Source of the DNA: Gonapodya sp. JEL0774
Lineage: Eukaryota
Direction of reading: 5' to 3'
NCBI GenBank assembly: GCA_027604505.1
Contig: JADIIX010000021.1
Span: 62,001 to 126,000, forward strand
DNA length: 64,000 nucleotides
The translations under genes were made by a program, and so were the position numbers. The notes under the pieces were generated by a model. It had not been told where the DNA came from and did no database searches. It was given only the letters and a program-made list of their open reading frames with translations. The first letter of the stretch is position 1, and each line of letters opens with the position of its first letter. Below are positions 26,618 through 40,400 of this stretch, one piece after another.

Positions 26618-27156
26618 CGACGTTCGCGAAGTGCCAGGAACACCAAATACGAGTTTCCGACAAAAAGGAAATCTACGTTTCAGACGATTTCGACGGCAGC
26701 TGTGAACAAGTTTCGTGTTGGTGGGTTTTCATACAGTTCAAACACGGCCCCACCGGTTCCCAAGGGGCAGAGGAGCACAGAAATATGGTTGCAAGCGAGC
26801 ACTATAACAAGTCAAAGGTTATGATTGATATTAGACAAACACAGCTTACATGTTGTAATTCACAGTTTTACAAATCTGGTAGTATCGTTGGGATGTGGCT
26901 ATTACTTTTGAAATGTCTGTACGCGAGGGCAAAAGTCGAAAGTACCGGCGATCATGGTTCCGAAAGCAAAAAGTAGGTGTCCAGGGTAGTCTCGTGAGGA
27001 GTATCACCCGAAGTTCTCTGGCGAAAAGGGTCATTAAGGTCACATGTCCTGCAAACCCCCGCAACAACATCCTCCCCATATTTCAATGATGAGACGGGTA
27101 CGTCAATAAATCATCTGGTCATTCAAGTCCTGGTACCTCTGGTTCTTCGAGTGGTA

Positions 27157-30100
27157 TCACTTCAGTAGTCTGGCTCGTACAGGAGTCACAACTCGTCCAG
27201 GTGAAGTTGCGGCTGACGGCTCCGATCCAACACTAGCCCAAGAGAGAGGACGTAGGAAGTTTGAGGTGCTGGACTGTGAATGACAATCAAAGTGGGATCA
27301 TGAGCCAAGGGGTTGGTGGATCATCGCTGAGCACAGAGACAAACTTACCGCCCGCATCCACTCTACCGGCTGTGTAGCATAGCTGGCAATGATTTCAGAT
27401 CTGTATCCATGCTGTGAGACCACCTCCGTGGGTGGCCTCGCAACACTGGTAGGCGGAGACGGGGTGGTGGTGCCAATCACTCCTTCCCGGGACAGTCGGC
27501 TGAACTCGCTCTTATCCGTTTCGTCTGAGGAACTGGAGCGATTCACGGGATCCGTCACATCGAATAAACGATCGCCAACAATGGAGTGCTGAGAGGGGTG
27601 GGGAGCAGTGTTTGCGAGAGGTGGTCGTTTTGAAGAGTCGAACTCAGCGTTCGTATCCGAGAAAGGATTCAAGAGGTTAGGGGGTGGAGACAATGGAGTG
27701 AGTGGATTCGAAAAGATGTTTTGTCGCGGAGAGATTGGTATTCTGAGGGGCATCTGTCCTGAGCTCGTGCGCAGAGACGGGAGTGGAGGGCCGTAACCCT
27801 TGAATCCAGCTGTCGTGGGTGAGCACATGATCAAAAACCTGTCAGAAAGAACTCTGCTCGCCGTAGAGGTGGACCGTGAATGGGATCCGGCCAGAGATTC
27901 GCCTTCGGGGATCAGTTTCGTGATGTTGAGATTATCCCTGGGGGAGAATGTTGTAATGGAAGCTATCGCAACACATCAACTTATGAGCACCCACAGAGGA
28001 GCAATTCCCGACTTGCGTGATTCCTTGTTAAAAGCAGAACACCAGCCTAGTGAACGAATAATTGTAGTAAAGAAGAAAAAAAGAGGTCATTATCCAAGCC
28101 TGCATACCGTCTGGAAACACCGTTCTGATCTCTACTTGATCACCCGGACTAAGACGAATCTCATCCTCTGAGACGGGGACATACTTTGCAAGTGTGGTTT
28201 GCATGCCCCAGTGATGCCAGGCGAACGAAGGACGATACTTCATCAGAAACAATGGCACCTTGGGATAACTTATCGACTTACCGATCTCTCTACAGTCACT
28301 GTGGAATGCTCAAAAGGAAACGAAACAGCGCTGTGCTTGTCTACGTCCGGGCCAGCGAGAAACTGGAAGAGCCTATCAATCATGCCATGAACGAGTCCGT
28401 GTTTTGATTGGATATTTGCTTTCCTGAAATCACAACCGCTGATCAGAATGAAACCTACCAATGTGGCTAAACGTGCAAAGACCAAAATTACGCGTTTAAC
28501 ATCACTCATTACTACCATATAGCTTGCAGATGCATATCTCACTAACCTCACTTAAAGACTTTGATCCCACACTTGGCGATAGGGGACTTGGTGGTTTTCC
28601 CCGTTGGAACAAGGTGGTCGGCGAAACATTGACTTGCAACATGCTAGGGCTACCCCCCGTGACTGTCGGAGGGTCGTCATCTGGCGGTGTGGGGGTCGGA
28701 AGCAGTAAGCCTCGACTTGCGATCGAATGCCCTTCCACCGAAGTCCGCCCTTGCGCATCAACGGGTTGGATGGGAGTAGGTGTTAGGAGTCCTGATGACG
28801 ATGTCGAGCTTGTTGGTGAAATAGACCACGTCGTACTAAATGTCATTTCTCTTTTGAGTGCACCCTTGTCGCCTTTTTGGAGATTTCGCCATCCCCTCAT
28901 GCGCAAGTTGAACCGTCGCTTTTGCAACGAGTCCCCAGCTCCTGGTCCAGATCCTCTTCCTTTGCTGCCGCTGAGGAATCCCTCCTCCCCGCGTAGAAGG
29001 ATGCGTCCAGCGTGCTGAAAACGGTGCCGCCGCACAAGCACTGTGACAACGGTAATAATTGCCACGAGACCCATGATGGCGCCAACAACTGCTCCAATGA
29101 TGGTCATATGCTGGTCAGCTACAGGTGCATTGAAAGGAGTTCCTGGAGGAGTAGAGGTTCCGAAAGGCACACAACAAAGAAAATTATTGCAAAAAGAAAG
29201 TTGTCTCTTGACGAGAACAAACACTTACTGTCACCGGGCATGAATCCCCCTCCAGATATTATAGTTGAGCTGGATGTAATCCGTGAGGTTGAGGTTGTCT
29301 GCGCTCGAGCGGTGCCGGCCAAACCCTCACTACTCTGTGGAGTCGGCACTGTGGAAGAACCGACAAATCAGCTCAAAAACATCTGTGAATGCAATACAGC
29401 ACTCTTGTGTAATTGCTCACTCGCAAAAGTAACGTCCGTTGGCAAAGTCAAGGCGGGGAATGTCATGGTCGTAGCGGGAACCACTAGCAGCACGGGGGTG
29501 CCAGAAACCTGAGTGAGAGTTGTCACGACTCCAACCGGTAAATAAATAGTGGTACCGCGGAATGCCACAGAAAATGAAGCAGGCGGAAGAGGAACTGACG
29601 AGGCGGATGGGACCTCTGGTGCACGAAATTGCTTGTAGTATAAGATTTTGATTCATCATCTCGGTTACTAGCATGCATAGCTTACCACTCATTACTTCAG
29701 TGGCCGTGAGCAAGAGGGTCCGACCAGAGGCAGTTGCTCCTCCAGCTGTTGTAGGAGTAAATGTTCCTATGGTGGGTGTGCTGAGCACTGATCCAGATCC
29801 GACCACGCTTGTTGATAACGCCGTCACAGTGAGAACGCGAGACGTCTGGGATGTAGCCATGCCAGTAGCGACGACATTGTCAGTTTTCCCTTGGGCAAGG
29901 CTCGCGGAAAGGGAGACCAGAACAGGAGGGCGGGACGTCGCCGATGAAGATGCCGTCGGACGGGATGACGTCGAAGACTGACTGCGCGAAGATGAAGATG
30001 TCGCGGCCGCAGCAGCGGAAGTGGCAGAGGCGGCTGTTGCGACGACTCCCACAAATGCAGAAGTCGAGGGGAGGGACAGTCCACTCCCACCTCCAACCAA

Positions 30101-30599
30101 AATAACGCCCCTAGTAGTGGTAGCTTGGGACCTTGTACTACTTGTGGACACGCAGATGCCTGAATCAAAAAAAAAAAAAACGTATGAGGGAAAGGCGGTC
30201 AAAAATCAGCCAGGCGAGTTGGTGGGCATTCCGGCGCCCACCTCCATTGCATCCAGCGGATGTCGCCACCCGGCTCGTAGGCGCCAAAGACGAGCGAAGA
30301 CTTGATGCAGTGGTTAGCGCCTGCGAGGTCGAGAACTGTCCTCCTATGCAGGCAGTCGAGTTCTCCGAACAGGCACAATATCCTGCGTCCACCGAAAAAA
30401 CATCCGCACCCAAGGGGGAAATAAGTCCAGTCCACTTCCAACTCGCATCTTAGCTCCGAATCATTCTAAAAGTCCAGGAAAAAAGCTCACCGGCGATGCA
30501 TTGGAGGTTGGAAGCGCACGGCGCTGTAGATGAGCACCGTGCTTGCCTGCGCTCCAACACCGACGCTCCACGAAAATGACCGACGAGCGCCTGGAGCAT
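27157..30599 (-). CDS. Mucin-like single-pass membrane protein: Cys-rich N-terminus, long Ser/Thr stalk, TM helix, cytosolic SH3 domain and S/P-rich tail
   Basis: Cys-rich start (CSSTAPCASNLQCIA|GYCACSENSTACIGG); S/T-rich exons; TM IIGAVVGAIMGLVAIITVVTVLV. The SH3 reads AKYVPVSEDEIRLSPGDQVEIRTVFPD|GWCSAFNKESRKSGIAP. Start and stop come from manual splicing. Confidence 0.75.
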
Positions 30600-31373
30600 C
30601 GCGCCGCGGATTCGCGCTGTGGTTTGGCGCAAGTAATCAGAGTATAAATTTGATCGAATCAGGGTTGGAAAGACTTGGCCTATCGATTCAGGGGATACCG
30701 CCGAAACCACCGAAGCGCCCAGCGGAGGACTCTGAACACAGCACTTCCAAATATGTGCAGAAATAGACACTCGATTTAAAAAGGCGAGTTAATGTAATGA
30801 TTCTGTTCTGATTGGAAATGGAAGTCCAGGTTGCGTTTGGAATGAAGAATGAAAACCGATCCCGTTTTGGTCATATAAAGGGGGAATTCCCCGACCATGA
30901 GGGGTAGTTTATTTGACAGCTCCTCGTTTGGATTACGCATTCTGGATCCAAAAGCGACAAAAATAATTTTGCTTGCTAACTATAAATCCATGACTGTATG
31001 AAATGTCGTCGGCGTGCCCAGTCGGAGCGCTCGCTTGAAACAATTTCACGTGCTCGCTCCTCAAACCAACCCACCAATTCCAGCACCATTCCAGGGACAC
31101 CTACCAATTAGTCACTTCTCGTCCGTTCCTGAAACACCAAAATAGGAATTCAGCAGACGTGATCTGACCGAAATTGAGAAACTATAACGAAGTGCATCTC
31201 CGGAAGAGAACCGAATCAAATTTGGAAGAATGATTCATAAGCATTATGTAATACAACTTCTAAAATGGTTTCGGTTTGAATGTGTATGAATACAATGCGC
31301 AGGACATGTCAGCATCATGGTGGCAATTTTCGACACCGACTTCACCCCCAGAGTTTCCCACGACGCCGCTACA

Positions 31374-33042
31374 TCAGAGCTCATCTCGTACATCCTGTAC
31401 CTCCTCCACTTGCATCTCAACTCCATCTCCCACGCCACCGAACGCGAATGCACTCACGCTAAATCCCATTATACTGTCGGCGAATACACGCACGCCTTCG
31501 TCGGTTCCGGCCTGAGATGATAAGAGATGTGAGTAGTTTTAAGTGAGTCCAGAGATGAAAGCCGAAAATATTGAAGGGCAAAGCCCGTGGAATCGTTTCA
31601 TGGGTGATGGGAAATGCACTGTCAAATCACAAAACACACTCCCGCGGAAGAGAAAAGGACAACAGCAGTGATGCTCACCGCACCAGCGACGACCATGAGA
31701 GGTATTACTGGCATTGCGTTGAAGGGAAACAAGCAAAACAAAATAGGGTAAGAGGAAACAACAAGGCGACAAAGGTAGGGCTCCGGAGTTGCCCGCGTCC
31801 GTCACCACGTGTCCATGTATCGGGTGCCATCGTCACAAACAACACATCCCTTCGACCACCAGGAACACCAGATAGATAAACTTACAGTGCTCCTCTCTTG
31901 GATGACTCTCCCTGGCTCCATCCCATGTACTCCACCCCTCCAACATCTTCTCCCGTTCGTGTCCCACCAAGCCCGTACATGCCTTGCTCAATGTCTCATC
32001 AAAGCTCGCCGCTTTTCGTTCCGTTCCTTGCTTGGATTGTCCGAAAAACGCCCTCATGTTGTGGAAACTGAGTCCGGATCCTACGATGGCGACGCCTTGG
32101 TCGCGCAAGGGGGCGAGAGCGCGACCAAGGGCAAGGTGGGAGGCCGCGCTTAGCGAAGAAAGAATAGACATTTGGATGATGGGTATATGCGCGGAGGGGT
32201 TGATGAGCAGCATGGGCACAAACACTGGTGGGGTTGGGACGGGAGATGAGTCAGGCGAGGAAAATCCTCTGATTGCGTCCGTGAGCAGGAGAGAGGACCT
32301 GTTTCCATTCTATTCCACTTTAGAGGGTCCCTGCACCCCAACCTGGTCGAGGAGGGACTTGCATGCCGGACCTGAGGCTTGTTCGGATTGTGAGGAGCCT
32401 AAAACTCCCATACACTCACCTCCATGATCCCACCCTCTCTTATCGTCCAACCTGGCTAAAAAGCCACCGGAACTTGCCAATTGAGCCGCCTTTTGCGCGA
32501 TAGACGGGCTTCCAGGGGCAGGGTAGGTATAATTGTAAGTTTCAGCTGTTTGTTTCATTGTGGGAATGGAAATGGGTGTGACGGAATGGGTGCTGGCTCG
32601 CAGGAGTTCGCTGTCAGGTACTCACGCGGGAACCCGTAGTAGTCGAAGTAGAGGTCATGTCGGTCACCCGACGAGAATGTCGGCACTGGAGTTTCCCACT
32701 GTATTGTTAACGTACGTATTCCGCGGTCGACCAGGATCAATTTAAATGAGTGTGTACATGGAATTCCAGAACCGAGTCAAACAGATCCTCTCCAACTCAC
32801 ATGTGCCGTCACCAGCAAAATCGCCGAGATCGCCGTTGCCGCCGCCGTAGCTCCACGATCGATTCCCAGGACTTTCGGAGCGCCATCGCGAAGCCATTGA
32901 GAGAGACCAGGAGGATCCCCCATGAGAGGCATTGGGCCACCGCCTTTCGAGAGATTTTAAGATCGAGTCCAGAGATGATTTGAAAGGAAAATGGAAGTGG
33001 CATGTAGTCACCGTGAGGTAGATACAGGCAAGGCGCGCGCAT
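31374..33042 (-). CDS. Extradiol ring-cleavage dioxygenase class III subunit B (LigB / 4,5-DOPA-dioxygenase-like)
   Basis: LYLPHG|GGPMPL, ILLVTAH|WET, DLYFDYYGFP, YPAPGSP, RGWDHG, GSGLSFHNMR, HPREEH|LIPLMVVAGA. Confidence 0.93.
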
Positions 33043-33119
33043 TTGAATTATTATATGTGTATTTTATCAGGGAGTTCACGAAGTTCCAAAGACTCTTCCC
33101 AAAGATCCCAAGACTACAC

Positions 33120-33164
33120 TCATGGACAAAATCATGGACATGTTCATGGATAAATTATCACGGA
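33120..33164. repeat. TCATGGA array with 12-bp period just upstream of the dioxygenase start
   Basis: TCATGGA at 33120, 33132 and 33144, and TCACGGA at 33158. Confidence 0.65.
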
Positions 33165-34418
33165 TATAACATCTCTGGATTTACTTGCCGCTTTTGGATG
33201 GAGGATTGGGACCAACTGAGGTTCACCATACTTGACAACGGGACAGCATAGCCGGCGGTTCCGTTGCTTATAGGTGACTGGGCGGCAAGGGATTTCTTCT
33301 CCTAGTACATGTCTCTTGTAATGAGCTGCGGTAGGTTACGTATGCACATACTTCGTTCCTAAAACTGTCTCCAGATTGCTACCAGTGAACGCTCACACGT
33401 CGACAACGTGTATCTCGAGACATCTTTAACAAAAACAGTCACCGACGCCGCGTAGGACAGATTCTACACCTTGGTATATGGCTCTGCGGCGGACAATGGA
33501 AACGAAGTTCCCGCCAGAGTGACGGTTTAACTGAAGAATTAAATAGCAGCCGAATTGATAGAGTGAAGCAATTTTTAGCACTAGTGAAATTGAATGACGA
33601 TTGAGCAGCATCAGGTTCTATGTAGTATCCTTTGACGAATCAGACTTCTTGTCAGAATCAAACACTGGCAACCTTGCCACACGAAGCCGAGGGTGTCAGA
33701 CCCGCTAAACCCATCCCCGCCCTCCCAAAAGTCGAATACAGCCCACCCACACGTGAATCAAATCGCGAGAACTGTGATTGCGATTCAAAAGAAGGTGTGG
33801 ATGCACGTGATTTGGTACTGCTGAGGGTGGAACCAGAGCGACAACCGGAGCAAAACCGGTGGAACCAGAAGACCCGAGAGGAAGACCGTGACCATGGAGG
33901 ACCCGGAGGACGCAGGGACGATGGGCGTACTGGATGCTGGGCGGCACAAGATCGAAATGAAGAGTGGAGAGAACAATGAAGAGAACAGTGCAACCAAGGT
34001 AAGGGGATCGCAGTCGTGTCGGCATTGGAAGGCAGAGGCAAGAGTAGCAAGAGCCTGACCAAAATACCCAAAACTGTACGGAGGGTATAAATTGGGTGCT
34101 GGGCCTACGCGTGTTAGAGTAACTGGAAGCGACAGAGAGGGGACTCATTTGCCAGAGTAGCCAGCACATATGAGGCTCTGAGAGGAAATGCGCAAAGAAA
34201 TAATGAAAGTGATATGCCACAAGGATGAGTTGTGGATATCTTATGGTTCATGTCCATACGGGTCTGACCGGACGGGACAAGTCAATCTCCTCAATAACCG
34301 CACGAGGTTCCCACTGTTCACTGCCATTCAAGCGTCTTGCGAGGACGTAGAACAATTGAGGACGGAAGTTGAATGGCACCGGAGGTGCCTTTTGGAGTGA
34401 TCACCCCATCGACATGAT

Positions 34419-37400
34419 ATGAACGTGACGGATGGAGACGTTGCGAAGTATACCAGGATCGAGCATTACCGCGAGACCTTTCTGGTGTGGCATCCCTGCG
34501 CCAAGTAGGATGTTCCTACCTGAATGATGTGTCGTTGCTTTGACCGTGTTGTTCCCCGTGTGCCCGACAGACCCCGCTCGACATTCCACCTCTTCCCTCA
34601 CCCAAAACCACCCCTCATCAACCTCAACCGCTACTTCCACCGCAATCCAGCCACTCCCATAAGCAATCATCGAAACCATCGTCCAACTTATCGTCCGCAC
34701 CGCTTGCTGTCAAGCACCGCCAAATAACCCCTGCCGACGTCTCCTGGCCCCCGATTCTGAAAACTGTCTCTCGCACCTTGGGCGCGCCGTTTAAGGAAGA
34801 ACCCTATGCCCGCGGTCCGTCGGACTCGATCGGCAACGTGTTCTCGCCAGGCGCGCAGAATTTGACCATAAAGTATTTGGGCGCGCAGATGGGGCAGGAA
34901 CATGTGGGGCATCTAGGGCACGGGCATGGCGGAGATGAGGTGCGTGTGTGTCCACCTGGTGGCTCGATGTGTATCTGCGAAATGACAACCATGGTGTGAT
35001 CGCGTCCGGGCTCGGAATGGTAGCTTACTAGGGATTGATCGGCTTGAGAACCTGGTTGTCTTTAAAGCAAGAGCCGAGGGTGGCTGATCTCTCCCTTTTC
35101 TTTTTTTTTTTTTGGCCAAACTTTGTCATTGGACTCGCGGGATGCGTGTCACCGCCCCGTAAACCTACGTCTTGCTAACTTTGGCTTCTCTGCACAGCTT
35201 CGGCTTCTTCCACCACCTGTATCACCGCCGTCGCGTCCACTCTCTCCGCTATCCCGTATCCAACTCACCGATCCCATCCCCCTTCTCCCATCCCCCCCAA
35301 TCCATCCTCCGACACCCCCAGCGCTGGACCCTTATATTCCGACTCCTTCCCTCCACATATTTCACATCCCCCCACTCGACCGCTACGCACACTATCTCTC
35401 CCTCATCCCAGCCTCGGCAATCGAACCCCTTTCTCCCACTCTCCTCCCCTCTATCGTTGCCCAGCTCATTCCTCCCCGATTGGTGGTAACCAACGCAGAC
35501 CCACCAGCTTACGGCGTAAAACCCAGCAAGGAGAGGTTGCTGTACGAGTGTCGTGTGAAGGTGGAGCGCGAAGTACTGGAGACACACGAGCACGCGAGTA
35601 GAAAGGCTGTCTTGGAATATGTGCTGCAGGATCCAAATGAAAGGGAGAGACTCGTGCTTCCCGCTGCGGAGCTTGCCGATCTCGCGCCCCGTCCTCCTCG
35701 CACGGCTAGGGCGCCTGTGCCATGGTCGGCGACAGTGGTGACATCTCGAGTGGCCATGTCTACCGTGCCGTGGATAGGGTGTGCGCCCGTTGTGGAAGTG
35801 GGCGGATGGTTTGCAGAGGGTGGGAGAGGGCTTAGAGAGGGCCACGGGAAGCGCTGTAAAGTGGTGGATGTGGCAACATTAGAGCAGGCGAGGGGTGGGT
35901 GGGAGGTGGAGGAAGTGAGGAAAATTATTCGAGAAGGGGGGAAACGGTGGAGGGCATGGATAGAGGGGGAGTGAGTAACTCGGGTGAAGATCGGGCGGGC
36001 GGCGCGAAGCTTACGTGTTCACTCGCATCTCGCTGGCTCTCATGTATTTTTCCTTTCCTAACGCCTGCTCCCAACCCCACCTCGTTATAACTCCCTTCGC
36101 AACTTCACCTGCCGGGCCTTCTACTCCGTCTCTTCTCATATGAACGTCAGATGGATCCCTTCTGTTGCTTCTCTCTTTTTCGACACAAAAACCACTTGGT
36201 ACCTTCCGCCATCTGCTACGACGACTACTTCCCCCTCCACACTCCACCGAGCCCATGCACTTGCACCCCCTCCGTCTCCCGAATCTGAATATGCCCGACT
36301 GGACCGTCTTTTCTCTGCGGTTGGATGCTTGATGGCTCGGCAAATGAGACAAATGGTGGAGGAGGGCGTGTCGGAGGTGGAAGCGCTCTTTGGGAGGTAC
36401 GCAACCGGAATAGCTCATCCTGGCGAAAAGATGGTGGTGGGAGAGAAGGAAGGGGGCAGTGATGCCGGGCAAACGGGACAAATGGGGCAGGGACAAGAAG
36501 ATACTGCCGTTGCACCAGCTCCATCGACTGCTGCCGCTGATATCTCGCACCACGAGGACAGTACAAGTACCAATCGGTTCGCTTTGCTGGGCCCGACGAC
36601 TGCGCCGCACCATCCTCCGCTCTTCAAGCTTCGCCTCACTGTCTCTGGTGGACAGATCAAATTCCACCCTGCCTTACCTGACCTTGAGTCCCTCCCTGGT
36701 GCCATATTAAGTGACTTGGCATCCTTCACGGCCTCGCTACCTCGCGTGGAAAGCCGGTTGTTCGCTTCACTCGCGAATGTTGCATCAACATCTGTTATGT
36801 TCGCGGTGCCGGCTGGAGATGCGAGACTCGCTAGGGCCGAAAAGATTCTGAGGATTGTCGTTGTCGAGAACTTGAAGGGCCCGCAGAGATGGGTGGCGGG
36901 GTATGATCGATGGAAGGGGATGCTGTTGACGCATCGGGCGGAGAAGAGGGTGGAAGAATTCTTGAGAGAGGGGGAGGGAAGAACCAAGAGTTTAGGAGAA
37001 TTTGAGGGGGTGAGTTGACTTGCAGCAAAAATTGGGAGCAGCAACTACTGTGTTACGAAACTGTTCTTCTCGCTCTTTCTTTCAGGAAATCAAAAAGCTT
37101 TTGAAATTAGTCGACGAAATCTCAGCGACACCTGACTCCGTGCAGTTTGGCATCTTCCAGCTTTACTGCGAGGATCTCAAGAAGGAACTCGTGGGGAAGG
37201 CGGACGGGCTCGTCAAAAAACTCGTGGAGAGAGTCGCGGAATTGAATAGAAGAGACAATGTGGAGTGAGTTGAGAGGGAAAGGGGAGCAGTAGCTATGGT
37301 TAGTGTTGACTCGTTCCCTTGCCAGAATCTGCGATGCATACGAAGAAATCTCAGCCAAAGCCATGAAGCTTCCTCAAGACACAGAGGAGCTGGTAGAGCT

Positions 37401-40400
37401 TTCCAAGTACATTGAGTCCGTCAAGACAACCGAAATCGCTGCGCTCTATTCCCGAATCGCTTCTGCTAAGGAACGTCTTGATTTCCTGCTGCAGTATGCC
37501 TTTTTTTCTGAGGAGGATATCAAGCTTAACGGCCAGACATTCACTTGGCCAACCAGGATTCTCCCGATATTTGATTTGGCAAGAAAGAGGATGGCGCAGC
37601 GCAAAGCAAAGGCGCAAGACGACTTGAAAGGAAAAGTGGATGCGGCTGTGCAAGCGATGGAAGAGACATTCGCCGCTGCGTCAAAGTTTCAAGATTATGG
37701 GATTATGGCCGAAACTACTGAGTACGGCAAGAAACTCAAGGGCCTGGATACCAAATTGGCGGAATTGCAAGAAGTAATTACCGGGGTGAATCGGGAGGAG
37801 GAGCTCCTGGAGTGGGAGAAAACACCATTCGAAAAGTACCAGCAAACAGTGGACTTCCTCGATCCGTACAAAAAGTTATGGGAGACTGCGGCACTGTTTC
37901 AGTCTGAGTATGCGAGGTGGATGACAGGGCCATTCCTGGAATTGGTCGCAGAGCAGGTGGAGGAGAGTGTGAATAACATGTATCGAACAATGTTCAAACT
38001 GGCCAAGACATTCAACGACTTACCCGCTCCGCGCAAGGTCGCAGAGACAATCCGGACAAAGTTGGAGAAGTTTAAACCCTTCCTTCCGCTTGTGGCGACT
38101 TTGCGAAACCCTGGTCTTCGGGAACGTCACTGGGCGCAAATGTCGAGAATTGTGGGAGCGGAAATCACTCCAAATGGAGACACGAATCTTACGAAAATTC
38201 TTGAAATGAACATTCAGCAGTACCTCTCGCAGTTTGAAACGATATCCGACGCGGCCAGCAAGGAGTTCTCGTTGCAGAAGACACTTGCTAAAATGCACGA
38301 TGACTGGGAGCCTCTGGTGTTCAATTGTGTTGACTATCGCGATACGGGGACGAAGATTTTGTCCGCTTTAGATGAGGTACAAGCGCTCCTTGACGATCAA
38401 ATTGTCAAAGTGCAGACGTGTCGTGGATCTCCTTTCGTCAAACCTATTGAAGAAGAGGTCAAGGCTTGGGAGAGCACGCTCACCAATGTACAAGATGTTA
38501 TCGATGCCTGGCTTAAAGTCCAAGCGACATGGCTGTACCTTGAACCCATCTTCACCTCTGAGGATATTATGGCCCAGATGCCGACAGAGGGAAAGAAGTT
38601 CAAGATCGTTGACAAGACATGGAGAGACAATATGACCGCCACTGCGGCACACCCCGCTATCTTGGCTGTTTGCGGAACCCCGGGCCTCCTGCAAAAACTG
38701 AACGACGCAAATGTTCTTCTTGAAGAAATTCAGAAGGGCCTTAATGAATATCTGGAGAAGAAGAGGTGAGATATTGCTCTTTCATATCGTTTTGGACAAT
38801 CAATGGCACCGCCGCATTCGTTACAGATTGTACTTCCCTCGATTTTTCTTTCTTTCCAACGACGAGCTTTTGGAAATTCTGGCGGAGACCAAGGACCCGC
38901 AACGGGTGCAGCCTCATCTGAAGAAGTGTTTTGAGGGTGTGTCCAGCCTCACTTTCCAGGACGGTGCCAAGATTATTGCCATGTGCTCCCAAGAAAATGA
39001 AAAAGTTAAGCTGAAAGAGGTTATCGAACCGGCGCATGCCAAGGGCGCCGTTGAGAAGTGGCTTTTGCAAGTGGAAAAGGTGATGCAAAGCAGTGTTCAT
39101 GAACAAATTACTCTAGCACTCAAGGCATATGCAGAAACTCCACGGGAGAAGTGGGTGCTTGAATGGCCTGGGCAGGTTGTTATTTGTGGAAGTCAGGTAT
39201 ATTGGACCAAGGAAGTCACAGAGATGATTCGTCGTGGTGGGCAGTTTGGTCTCAAGGCTTACAAGGAACAGTGTACGAGGCAACTGGATGTCGTGGTGGA
39301 ACTTGTGCGTGGCGAGCTTCCGGCGATGGCTCGTCTCACTCTCTCAGCCTTGATTGTTATTGATGTGCATGCCAGAGATGTTGTTGGACAACTCGAGAGC
39401 GTTGGTGTTACAAACGACAATGACTTTGAATGGCTGAGTCAGCTTCGCTATTACTGGGAGCAAGAAGACGTGTATGTTCGGATAAACAACGCCACTATGA
39501 AGTACGGCTACGAGTACCTGGGCAACTCAGCGCGTCTCGTTATCACTGCATTAACAGACCGTTGTTATCGAACTCTTATTGGTGCTTTGGACCTCAATCT
39601 GGGTGGAGCACCTGAGGGTCCGGCAGGAACAGGGAAGACCGAGAGTGTAAAAGATTTGGCCAAGGCAATTGCGAAGCAGTGCGTCGTTTTCAATTGCTCC
39701 GATGGGTTGGACTACATCGCCATGGGCAAATTTTTCAAGGGTGTAGCGTCCTCGGGCGCATGGGTGGGTACAATACATCTTCTTGCGCGATTATAGAAAT
39801 CTAAGATTGTTTTCTTTGACATGAAAGGCATGTTTCGATGAATTCAATCGAATTGACCTCGAAGTGCTTTCGGTCGTCGCCCAGCAAATCCTCACCATTC
39901 AACGGGCTGTTGCCGGCCGGCAGGAGAAGCTGGTTTTTGAAGGAACGACTTTGAGCTTAAACCGTGGATGTGCTTCTTTCATCACGATGAATCCCGGTTA
40001 TGCGGGTCGCAGTGAACTGCCAGACAATCTGAAAGCCCTTTTCAGGCCAGTGGCCATGATGGTTGGTGTCCATAATACTATGGTGTGGCAGATATCTGTT
40101 CCCTGTTAACTCACTCAGCTGCTCTTTTGTCATGTCTCAGGTGCCTAACTACGAGCTAATAGCAGAGATATCTCTTTACTCGTATGGATTCGTTGAAGCA
40201 CGCGCGTTGGCCAAAAAGATTGTCGCTGTCTACAAGCTGTGCTCCGAGCAACTATCCTCACAAGATCACTATGACTATGGTATGAGGGCGGTCAAGGTGA
40301 GAGTGGATGAATCACAATGTATTGACCCCACTTACAGTGCTAGCGTTTGTCCTAGTCTGTGTTAGTGGCTGCCGGCAACTTAAAGCTTAAATACCCCGCC

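Noticed and set aside
30167..30180. Poly-A run (and poly-T at ~35095-35113) as retroelement tails
   Set aside because: Both are T-tracts on the sense strand of introns, with no TSD or element body.
33300..34300. Several 70-170-aa ORFs between the dioxygenase and the dynein
   Set aside because: I could not build a consistent spliced model or recognise a domain; a small gene is not excluded.
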